Sequence record: OP595146.1
Direction: 5' to 3' (one strand)
Length of the DNA: 64,000 nucleotides
DNA from: Escherichia phage vB_EcoM_DE17
A program made the position numbers and the translations under genes. Numbering within the stretch: the first letter of the stretch is position 1; each line of letters begins with the position of its first letter. The notes beneath the pieces were generated by a model that was not told the origin of the DNA, did no database searches, and was given only the letters and a program-made list of their open reading frames with translations. Below, in pieces: positions 18,568 through 28,238 of the stretch.

Positions 18568-19597
18568 TCATACACGGCTCCCAATTATATTTCTTAAAAG
18601 AGAAATTATCTTTTGGATTTCTCTCTTGATATGCTATCCAGAAATGTTGCTCCATTAACTCTAATGGTGTTTTGGTAACAGTCTGTCCATCCCATGACAC
18701 ATAGGTGTAAGACTCTTTTTTAGCATAGAGTTCATAGATAGCGTCAAGGCACTCTTTATAGGTCTCTTTACCATCTAAAGCATTCATCACAGCTACTTTG
18801 CCAGCACCTTTAAGGCCGAAGTAGTTGTCTGCATTATCTCCAGCAACAGCCTGATAACACAAAAATTTAAAACCTACACCAACTGTTTTTGCAGCTTTTG
18901 GTTTTGATTTGATAGGACAATCCCAGATATCACCAACATTATTGTCAGCAATAAAAATTAGTGGTGACTTTTCATAGGTCATATCAATACAATAAGTCCC
19001 TTCAGCTTGTCGAAGGTCTTTGTCAATACTCATAAGAGCAGCCTTCTTACCCATCTTTTCAGCTTTAGCAATTACGATTGAGTCTGCTTCGAAGCCACCC
19101 TTTAAGAGTTTAAACTCTGGTCTTGATAAAAGATATTCACGACAAGCAACTAAGTGTGTTGGTGTGACAGCTTCTTTACGGTTACCTTGATATTGGTGCT
19201 CAAGCCCTTTAATGTCTTTATGTTTATGTACACCCTTCTCTGTTAGATAACCTACCCAAGTTCTTTCTTTACCAACAACCTTAAGCCATTCCTGAAGAAC
19301 CTGCTGAGTAGCCATGATAGCTTCTTTTTCACTCTTAGCTTCTTTCCAAGTCTGTCTTTCCCATTCATCTTCATCAAATGTCAGACCAAGTTCTTCCACA
19401 AGGATTCTCTGGTCTGCTAACCATCTTGCAGCGTCTTTTGCATTATCAAATGGTTCAGATTCTTCTGCTGTGAGTTTATTGACATATTTATATTTTGCTT
19501 TCTCAACTACACAAGCACCTTTATAGGCAATACTATCAGAGTCAATAAAGACATGTGTAACTGAATCTGGAAGTTTTGTTAGCGTATACTGCTCCAT
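18557..19597 (-). CDS. 5'-3' exonuclease / flap endonuclease (RNase H-like)
   Basis: FEN-type acidic motifs: HVFIDSDSIAY, ADSIVIAKA...SIDKDLRQ, AGDNADNYFGLKGAGKVAV (H3TH-like). Confidence 0.7.
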   Translation of the reverse strand: MEQYTLTKLPDSVTHVFIDSDSIAYKGACVVEKAKYKYVNKLTAEESEPFDNAKDAARWLADQRILVEELGLTFDEDEWERQTWKEAKSEKEAIMATQQVLQEWLKVVGKERTWVGYLTEKGVHKHKDIKGLEHQYQGNRKEAVTPTHLVACREYLLSRPEFKLLKGGFEADSIVIAKAEKMGKKAALMSIDKDLRQAEGTYCIDMTYEKSPLIFIADNNVGDIWDCPIKSKPKAAKTVGVGFKFLCYQAVAGDNADNYFGLKGAGKVAVMNALDGKETYKECLDAIYELYAKKESYTYVSWDGQTVTKTPLELMEQHFWIAYQERNPKDNFSFKKYNWEPCMNED

Positions 19598-19612
19598 TAT
19601 GAATCTCCATAT

Positions 19613-19642
19613 GAAAAAGCCCCATACTAAGTACAGGGCTTT
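19613..19642 (-). terminator. rho-independent terminator
   Basis: Minus strand: AAAGCCC-(13-nt loop)-GGGGCTTTTTCAT. Confidence 0.65.
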
Positions 19643-19659
19643 AAAGTAACTTTTAGAGA

Positions 19660-20517
19660 TTAGTCTTCTGTATCGAAGTCTTCATCTTCTTCGTCATCTG
19701 GGTCTGGCAAGTCTTCATCGTCACCATCATCAGAATCATTTGAAGGTTTGTGGTCTTTTGCGTCTTCTTCAGTGATTTCACCGTTATCTTCAACACCATC
19801 AAGACCAAGCATAGCCAGTTCGTCTTCATCCAGTTCAGGCTCACCGTTAGCACCGTTACCACCAGTGTAAGGTACAAGAGTATCAATGATAAACTGTTCC
19901 TGAATAGGTTTTGTCAGAACATTGTTCTCAAAAGTGTAGAAGTGAGTAGAAAGAATCACACTACCAAAAGAACCATTACCAACTGCAATATCTGGATGAA
20001 TTACATCATAGTTCTTGTCATCTTCATGTTTGTCAGATGCTTGAGCTTTGATTTTCTTCATCGGCTGTTTAACAGCTACACGCTTACCGTTTACTTCTTC
20101 AATCAGCATTACAGGGAATGACTGTTTAGCTGTCCACACAGCACCATCTTTATAAGCTGCTGCACGACTTACTTTCAAGATGTAGTAAGTGTCTGCTTCA
20201 AATGGTGGTTTGCAACCAAACTTCTCTTCGAAGTCATCTGCATCAACTGCTTCAGTAGTAACTTTATCCCAACCTTCTGGGTTTTTCTTAGACTTAGTAA
20301 ACTCTTTAAAGAGCTTGTTACCATCTTCTGCCAGAATTGAAACACTGTAGTTACAGTCTTTTCCTGGGAATTTCTTATCAATTGATTTACCTTTTCCCGG
20401 ACGTGGTGAAGTGTTCAGGTAATAAAACCAGACATCTTTCAGAAGGTAACGCAGAGTTTGACGTTCAGTACCATTGTACTTCTCTACCGGAGCTTTCATT
20501 TTAACAACTTTAGACAT
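19660..20517 (-). CDS. putative ssDNA-binding protein (T7 gp2.5-like, acidic C-tail)
   Basis: 285 aa ending in the extremely acidic tail DDGDDEDLPDPDDEEDEDFDTED. Own strong promoter and terminator; sits in the replication block. Confidence 0.5.
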   Translation of the reverse strand: MSKVVKMKAPVEKYNGTERQTLRYLLKDVWFYYLNTSPRPGKGKSIDKKFPGKDCNYSVSILAEDGNKLFKEFTKSKKNPEGWDKVTTEAVDADDFEEKFGCKPPFEADTYYILKVSRAAAYKDGAVWTAKQSFPVMLIEEVNGKRVAVKQPMKKIKAQASDKHEDDKNYDVIHPDIAVGNGSFGSVILSTHFYTFENNVLTKPIQEQFIIDTLVPYTGGNGANGEPELDEDELAMLGLDGVEDNGEITEEDAKDHKPSNDSDDGDDEDLPDPDDEEDEDFDTED

Positions 20518-20553
20518 TATTTAAACCTCTATCTCAATTTATGAAGAGTACCA

Positions 20554-20582
20554 ATTCTAATTTGTTGATACTCTATTGTCAA
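20554..20582 (-). promoter_or_regulatory. sigma70-like promoter for the SSB-like gene
   Basis: Minus strand: TTGACA (20582-20577), 17 nt, TAGAAT (20559-20554). Confidence 0.65.
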
Positions 20583-20589
20583 ACATTAA

Positions 20590-20739
20590 TTACTGGAAGT
20601 TGTGCTTATCTTTAGAAGCTGCTTTACGTGCAGTTTTTCCAGTTCTTACACGCTTCTCTTCATAGTATTTTGCTGGTTTACCAGCAGTGGCTTTTAAGGA
20701 ATCCCCAAAAACTTTTTCAAATGCTTTAGAGTGTTTCAT
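20590..20739 (-). CDS. small basic protein (49 aa, below ORF-track cutoff)
   Basis: Own translation: MKHSKAFEKVFGDSLKATAGKPAKYYEEKRVRTGKTARKAASKDKHNFQ. RBS CGGAGAATATCATG. Confidence 0.4.
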   Translation of the reverse strand: MKHSKAFEKVFGDSLKATAGKPAKYYEEKRVRTGKTARKAASKDKHNFQ

Positions 20740-21017
20740 GATATTCTCCGATATACTTGATATTCAAACACATTTTCTTTTATTACAAACAGCCAACCAA
20801 TATTATGTTTAGGTATAGTAATAATGACTGTGATTATGCTGTGATGGAACTTTTCTTCTACCTCAACGCCTCCATCACATTTCATGGAGAGCATTCTATA
20901 GAACCTATCAACCTTTGTCAAACACTCTTCCTGAAATTCATTTAAACTTTTTTCTTCAAAGAAGGGTATAAACCCCTCTCTTTTATAACTATCACTCAGT
21001 TTCGAATGGGCAGTCAT
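20736..21017 (-). CDS. hypothetical protein
   Basis: Track ORF trimmed to the ATG at 21017 (MTAHSKLSD...), with GAGG 6 nt upstream. Overlaps the primase-helicase stop. Confidence 0.5.
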   Translation of the reverse strand: MTAHSKLSDSYKREGFIPFFEEKSLNEFQEECLTKVDRFYRMLSMKCDGGVEVEEKFHHSIITVIITIPKHNIGWLFVIKENVFEYQVYRRIS

Positions 21018-22977
21018 CTGCATCCTCACTTAATACAGGTGGAATCGTTGAGCTTTGACGCTGTTCTTCAGTATAGACTTCACCAGTCTCACGGTCAAAC
21101 ACTTCATCCTCATAATGAGGTAAAGAGTCGTCATAATGGTCTTCAGCTTCACCAATACCAAACTGTTGACGAATATTTTCTGCTGCGCCATCAATGTCAA
21201 CACCACACCCAGAAGCTTTGATAAGACGTCCTGTGTCTGGATTGTACCAAGTATGACCAGCAATACCTGTTGACTTACCATGACGACGACACTTAGTTAA
21301 CTTGATTTTTGTCAAGTTTTTCTTAACAGGGTCTGGGTCAACCTTGTTACGCATTAACAGAATGTTGTTCATAGAAATCTGGAAATACGCACCAGAACCT
21401 TTAATGTCCTCTTCAGAGATATCTCCACCTTCAGAGTTAGCTTTCTGACCACCTGCACTCTTACGAACGTGACAGACGTTTACCTGTGCATACTGGTAGC
21501 GTTTGCAACGACGCAATAGCTCAGACAAAACTTCCTCTTCATCCGTATCTGAACGTGACAGAGCCAACGTAATAGGGTCAAGAATAATAATCTTACAGTC
21601 TAAACTGTTAACAAGATAGTCAACAAATTCCAGCAGGTTATCTTGGTCAATTGCCCCTTGATGGTCTACGATGTGGATGCGACGACCTTTAGATAGTTCT
21701 GCGTGTGCTTCCTTTAATTCATCCCAATCACGTTCGTCATAAGGAATCTCAGAAATCTGTTTGCTCAGGTGAATTGCACAGAGCATCTCCATCAACTCTT
21801 CATAGGTATCTTCTACCGGAATTACACCAATATTGTAATCGGTTTCCTTCCAAGCTGAATAAATCATCTCACGAGTGTAAGCTGATTTACCTACTGAAGA
21901 TGGTGCTGCCAGAGTTGTAATCTCTCCTAAACCATAACCACCGTAAGTTAGTCTGTTCAAATCCCCGAAAGATTCTGGGAAAGGAATCAATGGAATCTGA
22001 CCACGATTCTTCATTGCCTCAAAACCATCTGCAAAGTTCTTGATACCAGCAGGGCAATAACGAGGTGCATTGTAGATACGCTGCTTAAATCCTTCCAGAA
22101 CTGTGTCTTTCTCTTTATAGAACTTTGTCCACCATTCATTAAGGTCTTTTACACCTTCTGGATACTGGAATAAACGCACCTTCTCAATAGGTAGGATACC
22201 AGCAGCCTCTTTGGTGGCTTTAGCACCTGCTTCATCGTTATCAAAGCACAAGTAAATTTCATCAAATGATGTAATGTACTGATAGTTATCTTTGATAGAC
22301 TTGATGTTTGCACCTGACGGAACAGATACATGACAGTAATTCTTACGACGAGACTTATCCTTAATCGCCAAAGAAGTCATGTAGATTGCTGTGGCGCATT
22401 CCATCTCACCTTCCCAGATGAACAGACGATTCCCACCTTCTGGGGCAATCCATGAACCGAACATTGCCAGTTCACCTTTAATGTCTCCAACACCACCTGA
22501 AAAGTCTTTTAGCTTACCACGTAGGTGTTCTTTTGGATGGTCTTCTGGGTAACGGTGACGAACACGGTAGCCAACATGTTCTAGCTTACCATCTTCATTA
22601 CGTTTGTAAGTTGGATAGAAATGTGCATCAATTTCACCATCACTGTCAATGTCAACCTTGATACCTAAGCGTTCAAGAACTTTTGCAGGAATCTTCCTGT
22701 CTTTCAAGTCCATAGCTTCAAGGTTTTCTTTTACATCATCTAAATCCATTCCACGGAAAGTACGGTTTTTATTATCTGAACCAGTAGAATAAGTGCTCAC
22801 AATTTGTCCTTTATCAAAATCCCACTCTGGAAAACCTTTGTTACAGCTAAAGCAAGTCATTGAATAGGAATCATCGTCATGGTGGTAGATTGAACCAGCA
22901 TCTGATGAACCACAACGTGGACATGCACAATGACCAATAAACTGACCAGCCTCTTTCAATTTGCGACCTTTAGACAT
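20992..22977 (-). CDS. bifunctional DNA primase-helicase (T7 gp4-like)
   Basis: Zn finger CPRCGS...CFSCNKG, TOPRIM-like FDNDEAG, Walker A APSSVGKSAY, Walker B IIILDPITLA. Start at the ATG at 22977. Confidence 0.85.
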   Translation of the reverse strand: MSKGRKLKEAGQFIGHCACPRCGSSDAGSIYHHDDDSYSMTCFSCNKGFPEWDFDKGQIVSTYSTGSDNKNRTFRGMDLDDVKENLEAMDLKDRKIPAKVLERLGIKVDIDSDGEIDAHFYPTYKRNEDGKLEHVGYRVRHRYPEDHPKEHLRGKLKDFSGGVGDIKGELAMFGSWIAPEGGNRLFIWEGEMECATAIYMTSLAIKDKSRRKNYCHVSVPSGANIKSIKDNYQYITSFDEIYLCFDNDEAGAKATKEAAGILPIEKVRLFQYPEGVKDLNEWWTKFYKEKDTVLEGFKQRIYNAPRYCPAGIKNFADGFEAMKNRGQIPLIPFPESFGDLNRLTYGGYGLGEITTLAAPSSVGKSAYTREMIYSAWKETDYNIGVIPVEDTYEELMEMLCAIHLSKQISEIPYDERDWDELKEAHAELSKGRRIHIVDHQGAIDQDNLLEFVDYLVNSLDCKIIILDPITLALSRSDTDEEEVLSELLRRCKRYQYAQVNVCHVRKSAGGQKANSEGGDISEEDIKGSGAYFQISMNNILLMRNKVDPDPVKKNLTKIKLTKCRRHGKSTGIAGHTWYNPDTGRLIKASGCGVDIDGAAENIRQQFGIGEAEDHYDDSLPHYEDEVFDRETGEVYTEEQRQSSTIPPVLSEDADDCPFETE

Positions 22978-23170
22978 TAGCACCTCTTCGTTGTAGTTCT
23001 GCCTTCAATCCATTTTCAATCTTGTCAAGTTCATGAATCTCATCTGCAATCTCTTTCCTTCGTGATTCAACTCTCTTAAGACGTTCAATCATTACCTCAT
23101 TGGAAAGAGATGAGAGTTCCACTAAACGATGGTCAATAACCTTAAAATTATCTTTTACTCTCATCTTCAT
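22970..23170 (-). CDS. hypothetical coiled-coil protein
   Basis: 66-aa ORF overlapping the primase-helicase start. Confidence 0.5.
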   Translation of the reverse strand: MKMRVKDNFKVIDHRLVELSSLSNEVMIERLKRVESRRKEIADEIHELDKIENGLKAELQRRGANV

Positions 23171-23178
23171 TCTCTCTT

Positions 23179-23922
23179 TTAAATTTTCAGGATAGCTCTT
23201 AGCTTACTTTCAAGGTCTGCAAGAGTACCATTATTATGGATAATGTCACGCGCATATTTGGTAGAAATTCCATTTTCTGAAACATGTGATGAAACCTTGT
23301 CCACATTGTCTCTTTTTACTTCAATAATCTGGTGTGCAAATCTACTCAGCCACTCAGCTTCAGAGTCAAACCTTAAGTCACTGATTAAAACAACACCCTC
23401 TTGATTCATAAGTGAACAAGATTCAAAGAAGCGAGCCATTCGTTTTTCAAGGTCTTTAGCCCAGAATTTGTCACCCATAACTTTACGGATTACTTCAGTG
23501 CCCCAAATCTGTTGAATTTGTCTTGATGAGAATTTATACTTCTTGCTAAATCCCAGACGTGTCAATAGAGTTGGCTTAGCAACCTTCTTAAGTTCCATGA
23601 TTAATCGTCCGGTTAACTCCGACATAAGCTTAAAGTCCATATGATAACGTTCATCTCTGAAGGTGAACTCCATAGCTTCCGTAACTTTTAACATAAGTTC
23701 AGAGTATGATAAATCAAAAACCTGTGGAGTCTCTTTAGTTTCACCGTACAGGTCATTCCATGTCAAGTCAAATATCTTTGACGCAGATAGCTTAAGATTG
23801 TCTGCATAGGCCATTACTGCAACATTGTAGCCATACTCATCCTCTAAGATGTTCTTCACAATAGAACATGAGGTATCTTTTCCAGAACGTGCCTTTCCAG
23901 TAAATGCGATAATATTGCTCAT
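23179..23922 (-). CDS. deoxynucleoside monophosphate kinase (T4 gp1-like)
   Basis: P-loop FTGKARSGKDT closely resembles the T4 Dnk N-terminus (GVKRSGKDT); about 240 aa. Confidence 0.6.
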   Translation of the reverse strand: MSNIIAFTGKARSGKDTSCSIVKNILEDEYGYNVAVMAYADNLKLSASKIFDLTWNDLYGETKETPQVFDLSYSELMLKVTEAMEFTFRDERYHMDFKLMSELTGRLIMELKKVAKPTLLTRLGFSKKYKFSSRQIQQIWGTEVIRKVMGDKFWAKDLEKRMARFFESCSLMNQEGVVLISDLRFDSEAEWLSRFAHQIIEVKRDNVDKVSSHVSENGISTKYARDIIHNNGTLADLESKLRAILKI

Positions 23923-23941
23923 TCTATCTCCCTTAATTACT

Positions 23942-23966
23942 AAAAAGCCCCCAGCTAAGGAGGCTT
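23942..23966 (-). terminator. rho-independent terminator
   Basis: Minus strand: AAGCCTCC-TTAGCT-GGGGGCTTTTTAG. Confidence 0.6.
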
Positions 23967-23983
23967 GTAAGTTTTATAAAGAC

Positions 23984-24796
23984 TTAGTGCAGTTGGGCAG
24001 TATTAATCTGTGAGTGTTCTTTTTCAGCCATAGCTGAGATTTGCTTAACAAAATCATCACCGAAGTTAATGCGAAGCTTCTCTTCAATGATTGAAGCACC
24101 GATGCTTACCAAAACATCATTGATTGCTTGCATACTCACACCGCCAGTCATTTCCTCAACGAACTCAATGGTTACTCCCAACATCTGAGAAAGTTGGATT
24201 AGTGCAACAATATTCATCATTGTAGAAATAGCTGGAATCATCAGAGCAACCTTCACCTGTAGTGGTTCTACATCAGCTACAGAATCATCTTTCACAGCTT
24301 CTTCTAAAGAATCTTTAGTTTGCTGGATAATCTCTTTGATTCGTGGATTTAACTCTTCTACACCCCAATCAAGTTTTTCATATCGTGACAGCTTCTCTTC
24401 CATGCGCTTCTCAAGAGCAGCCATAACAGCACTCGTTGACGAAATTAACAGGTCAACTAGCTCATTATTATCTAAGAGCAGTAGTAATTCTTTTTCTTCA
24501 GAGGTCATGGCAATATAGTCATTTTTCTGCATCTCATAAAAAATGAACTCTGCAAGAGCATCAACACCTACAACAATAGATGCTAAAGCAAGTGTTTTGT
24601 CACACAACATCATATTAACCTGTTCTGCAAAAGCACCGTTATCAGACTTGTCTTTAGGCAGGTTATAGCTTGCAGGTATAAACTGCTCTGTGTAGTTGTT
24701 TCCACGAAGAATCATAGCCATGCTTTCTACGGCATTGATTAAGAAAGCTTCGTCAATACCTTTTTCTTCAAGCATCTGGTCTACAGTAGTATTCAT
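23984..24796 (-). CDS. hypothetical protein
   Basis: 270-aa ORF; no motif recognised. Confidence 0.55.
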   Translation of the reverse strand: MNTTVDQMLEEKGIDEAFLINAVESMAMILRGNNYTEQFIPASYNLPKDKSDNGAFAEQVNMMLCDKTLALASIVVGVDALAEFIFYEMQKNDYIAMTSEEKELLLLLDNNELVDLLISSTSAVMAALEKRMEEKLSRYEKLDWGVEELNPRIKEIIQQTKDSLEEAVKDDSVADVEPLQVKVALMIPAISTMMNIVALIQLSQMLGVTIEFVEEMTGGVSMQAINDVLVSIGASIIEEKLRINFGDDFVKQISAMAEKEHSQINTAQLH

Positions 24797-24797
24797 A

Positions 24798-25220
24798 TTA
24801 TTTCTCTCTCAGTTGGTTAAGTTTCTTTCTAGAACATTTTAAGTTTTCGGATGAAGAAAAGTCAAGTGTCTTTTCAGAACGTGGATAGTAATGTCTATCC
24901 CAAGAAGTTTCAACATCATTAATCAGTGACGCTAGATTACACAGGTCTGTACCACTTTGCAACCTCTTTTTAAGAGAATCTAGTAAAGCAACTGTGTCTT
25001 TAGCTTTACGTCTAGCTGTAGCAACATCTTTCATATGCTCAAATACAGAGCATTTTAAGTCATCTTCATAGTTTTCAGACAACTCTATTTCATGTTGTAT
25101 ATCAACCATTCTCCTGTGATGGTGAGCATATTCCCGTTGAGCAGCAATGTCAAGTTCTTCCAACTTCTGCAAAGCTCTAACAAAGTCAGCTATGTCTGGG
25201 TGAACAAACATTTTCTGCAT
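24798..25220 (-). CDS. hypothetical protein
   Basis: 140-aa ORF; first gene leftward of the divergent control region. Confidence 0.55.
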   Translation of the reverse strand: MQKMFVHPDIADFVRALQKLEELDIAAQREYAHHHRRMVDIQHEIELSENYEDDLKCSVFEHMKDVATARRKAKDTVALLDSLKKRLQSGTDLCNLASLINDVETSWDRHYYPRSEKTLDFSSSENLKCSRKKLNQLREK

Positions 25221-25264
25221 GTAAGCCTCTTTTAAGTAACTATTAAGTTTTAATCTTTTATCTT

Positions 25265-25305
25265 AACGTATTCTATACGTTATACTTTAAAGCTTTTTAA
25301 AAGCT
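25265..25305. promoter_or_regulatory. two perfect palindromes in the divergent intergenic region
   Basis: AACGTAT-tct-ATACGTT (25265-25281) and AGCTTTT-t-AAAAGCT (25291-25305), flanked by repeated cttttaag motifs. Confidence 0.4.
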
Positions 25306-25477
25306 ATTAAATAATCTTTTAAGAGTTTTAAAGTATCTGTATAGTTAAACTGTTAAGTAACCTTTTAAGTAAAAACCCACTTCGCAAAGATTAACACCTT
25401 GTCAAGTACATTGTCAACTTGCTTTTTATAATTTTTTGCAGTAATGTATGAGGTTAATGATTTTAGAGGGAGTAAAA

Positions 25478-28177
25478 ATGGAAAACGTAGATTTTAAAAA
25501 CTTACATTTAGTTGGTGATACAGAAACTGATGGTTTACTCCTTGAGTTCACTAAAGTGCACGTAATGGCTTTCGCAGACTATAAATCTGACGATGAAGAG
25601 CCACCTGTATGGGTCTTTACAGATGAGCCTATCCTCGGTCACAAATACACCAAGTACATCAAGGGTGGTTTGCGTGAAGGTATTGAGTTTGCGTTAAAGG
25701 CAAAACGACTTTGCATCCATAATGGTCTGGGTTATGACTGGTGGGTATTCAATCACATTGCACCTGATTTGTGGAACTTTGATAATCCAAAGTGTAAACC
25801 GTGGAGTAATTTCTTTCAGGATTCTCTTATCCAATCTCGTGTTCAGTGGATGGATAGGCCAACTCCAAAAGGCTATAAAGGTGCTCATGGCTTGGCGGCA
25901 TGGGGTGCTCGTGTTGGTGTCCGTAAACCAGAGATTGAACATTGGGGTGTGTGGAATGCAGAAATCTTCACTCGTGTTGTAGAAGATATCCGTATTAACG
26001 CCAAAACTAAACGTGCACTGGATAATGAATACCTGAAGTTAAAGAAGTGTGGTATAGACACTTATGAAACCTATATGCGAGCTAAAGAAACATCTTTCTG
26101 GATGAGTCAACAAGCTATCAATGGTTGGAAAGCCGATAAAGAGCTTATGGAGTTCCATGTAAAGGAACTTGACAAGTTGACTAATGAGCTTGCTTCGGAA
26201 GTTGAACCACATCTTCCTCCAACTATTAAGACCAAAGGTAAAGTTACTGGGGAAGAGTTTGCAAAAGCTTGGAATGAGTATGTTGAAGCATTCGGTCATG
26301 CAGATGGACTGAAGAGAATTACCAAGTACCCTAAGACAAAGTATCGTCAACAGGTACGTAACGGTGAGATGCAGACATACGAAATCAAGCCATTTGGTAA
26401 GCCAACTACAAAGATTTTTAACATTGAAAAGAGAAATTGCTATACACCAACCAACTCTGTAACTGGTGAAGAGTACAAGGAAGGTTTTGTAGCAATGAAG
26501 GATGCTCGTGCAATTTGCAACGAGTTGAATGCAAAGATTGGTAAGAAATGCAAAGACTGGAAGCCAGTAAAAACAGTTAAAACTGTGAAGTACTATAACA
26601 GTCATGTTGTTAATCACTTTGAACTAGAGTCAAGTCGCTACACAGGATTGATTGATGCACCATATACACCAATTGAGTTTGAAGTTTCTCGTATGACTCA
26701 GGTAGCAGTTGTTAAAGACTACTTAAAATCAGTTGGTTGGATTCCAGATGACTGGAACTACAAGAAAGACTCAGATGGTCGCCCTGTCAAAGTTTGTCGT
26801 TTCAAAGACAACAAAAAGATGATTACAAAGCATCCTAAGTGGCAGGAGATGGTGGAACGGTGTGGGTTGAGCTATGTTGAACACGAAGGTGTCCAGTACA
26901 TTGAGCATAACTGGTCTGTGAAGAAATACACAGATTTACTTGAGCCTTGCTTAATCCGCACTTCACCAAAACTTACTGAATCTTCTTATGATACGATTGA
27001 AGGTGAGCTTGGACAGAAGATTGCTAAGTACTATACTTTGATGCACCGACGCAGAACCATTGAGAACTCAAAGGATGATGAAAAAGGTTGGCTAAACCAG
27101 ATTCGTCCTGATGGTCGCCTTAGTGCTGGTGCAATGGTATTTGGTACTTCAACTGGACGTATGACACAATATGGTATTGTAAACGTACCGTCTGGTGCTG
27201 CTGTCTATGGGGAACCAATGAGGGCAGTGTGGATTTGTGAAGAGGGTACTAACGTTGTCTCTGTAGACATGAACTCAGCCCAGCTAGTTCTCCTTTGTAA
27301 CTTTATGGGTGATAAAGACTTCACCAAAGCGGTAACGCAAGGTAAAGAAGAGATTGAGTTTATTCGTCAAGAAGATGGACGCTATTACTGCAAACACTTT
27401 GATGAGTACCTCAACCCAGAGATTGATAAGTACCTTCGCTATGACTCTGAGAATGACCTGTACGTTGTCTATTCAGGGACTGATGCACACACACTGAACA
27501 GTATTTACTTTAGCTTGAATGATGAGCAGGATATCTTGACTTGTCGAGCCACTCAGGATGAGAATCTTCTCCATGAGATTAGTAAGGGTCGTAAAAAAGC
27601 TAAGAATGGTATCTATGCACTACTGTTCGGTGCAGGTGATGAGAAGTTTGCTAAGACGATTAAAGCTGCAACTACTCAGGAAGGTGCACTGACTAAACAG
27701 ACTTACTTTATTCGTTTGCCTAAAATTAAGAAGCTGCTAGATGACTTGGAAGCTGACTACAAAGCGACTAAAAAGGCACTTGAAGAGGTGTTTGGTAAGA
27801 CTGCTGCAATCTCTAAAGGAGGATTTGTAAAGGTTGCTGGGGCTTGGTTGTGGTGTAAATCTCCACACAAACTGTTGAACTATCTTTTGATGGGTTCAGA
27901 GGCTCAGATTCAAAATGAGGCAATTAACCTTGCTTGTCGTCGTATGATTGACGAAGGTTTGATGAAGTTGAATGGTCGTCAACCAGCTATTGGTGCTCGT
28001 TTGCTCTGCGCATATCACGATGAAACAAGCTGGGAATGTCCAGAAAGTATGACGGCAGAAGTGAAAGCAGTTACTGACTGGTATTATGGACAAGCTTCTA
28101 AGAACTTAGGTCTTAAGAAAGAAACACTTGTAACAGGTACTGGTAAGGTTGGTAAAAGCTGGCTTGAAGTGCACTAA
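25478..28177 (+). CDS. DNA polymerase, family A, with 3'-5' exonuclease domain
   Basis: Start at the ATG at 25478 (MENVDFKNLHLVGDTETDG, Exo I motif) behind GAGGGAG. Motif A VSVDMNSAQL, motif B KKAKNGIYALLFG, motif C YHDE. Confidence 0.9.
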   Translation: MENVDFKNLHLVGDTETDGLLLEFTKVHVMAFADYKSDDEEPPVWVFTDEPILGHKYTKYIKGGLREGIEFALKAKRLCIHNGLGYDWWVFNHIAPDLWNFDNPKCKPWSNFFQDSLIQSRVQWMDRPTPKGYKGAHGLAAWGARVGVRKPEIEHWGVWNAEIFTRVVEDIRINAKTKRALDNEYLKLKKCGIDTYETYMRAKETSFWMSQQAINGWKADKELMEFHVKELDKLTNELASEVEPHLPPTIKTKGKVTGEEFAKAWNEYVEAFGHADGLKRITKYPKTKYRQQVRNGEMQTYEIKPFGKPTTKIFNIEKRNCYTPTNSVTGEEYKEGFVAMKDARAICNELNAKIGKKCKDWKPVKTVKTVKYYNSHVVNHFELESSRYTGLIDAPYTPIEFEVSRMTQVAVVKDYLKSVGWIPDDWNYKKDSDGRPVKVCRFKDNKKMITKHPKWQEMVERCGLSYVEHEGVQYIEHNWSVKKYTDLLEPCLIRTSPKLTESSYDTIEGELGQKIAKYYTLMHRRRTIENSKDDEKGWLNQIRPDGRLSAGAMVFGTSTGRMTQYGIVNVPSGAAVYGEPMRAVWICEEGTNVVSVDMNSAQLVLLCNFMGDKDFTKAVTQGKEEIEFIRQEDGRYYCKHFDEYLNPEIDKYLRYDSENDLYVVYSGTDAHTLNSIYFSLNDEQDILTCRATQDENLLHEISKGRKKAKNGIYALLFGAGDEKFAKTIKAATTQEGALTKQTYFIRLPKIKKLLDDLEADYKATKKALEEVFGKTAAISKGGFVKVAGAWLWCKSPHKLLNYLLMGSEAQIQNEAINLACRRMIDEGLMKLNGRQPAIGARLLCAYHDETSWECPESMTAEVKAVTDWYYGQASKNLGLKKETLVTGTGKVGKSWLEVH

Positions 28178-28183
28178 TTAGTA

Positions 28184-28217
28184 TTGACAAGGTGCTCACG
28201 GAAGAGTACCTTATACT
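28184..28217 (+). promoter_or_regulatory. promoter-like TTGACA / TATACT pair with a hairpin-containing 22-nt spacer
   Basis: TTGACA (28184-28189), hairpin AAGGTGCTC-ACGGAA-GAGTACCTT, TATACT (28212-28217). The spacing is non-canonical. Confidence 0.35.
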
Positions 28218-28238
28218 GTATCTTGTATAGGAGGTCAT

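Noticed and set aside
26039-26617. 192-aa minus-strand ORF inside the DNA polymerase gene
   Set aside because: It is antisense to a polymerase region with clear motifs. It has hydrophobic shadow-frame composition.
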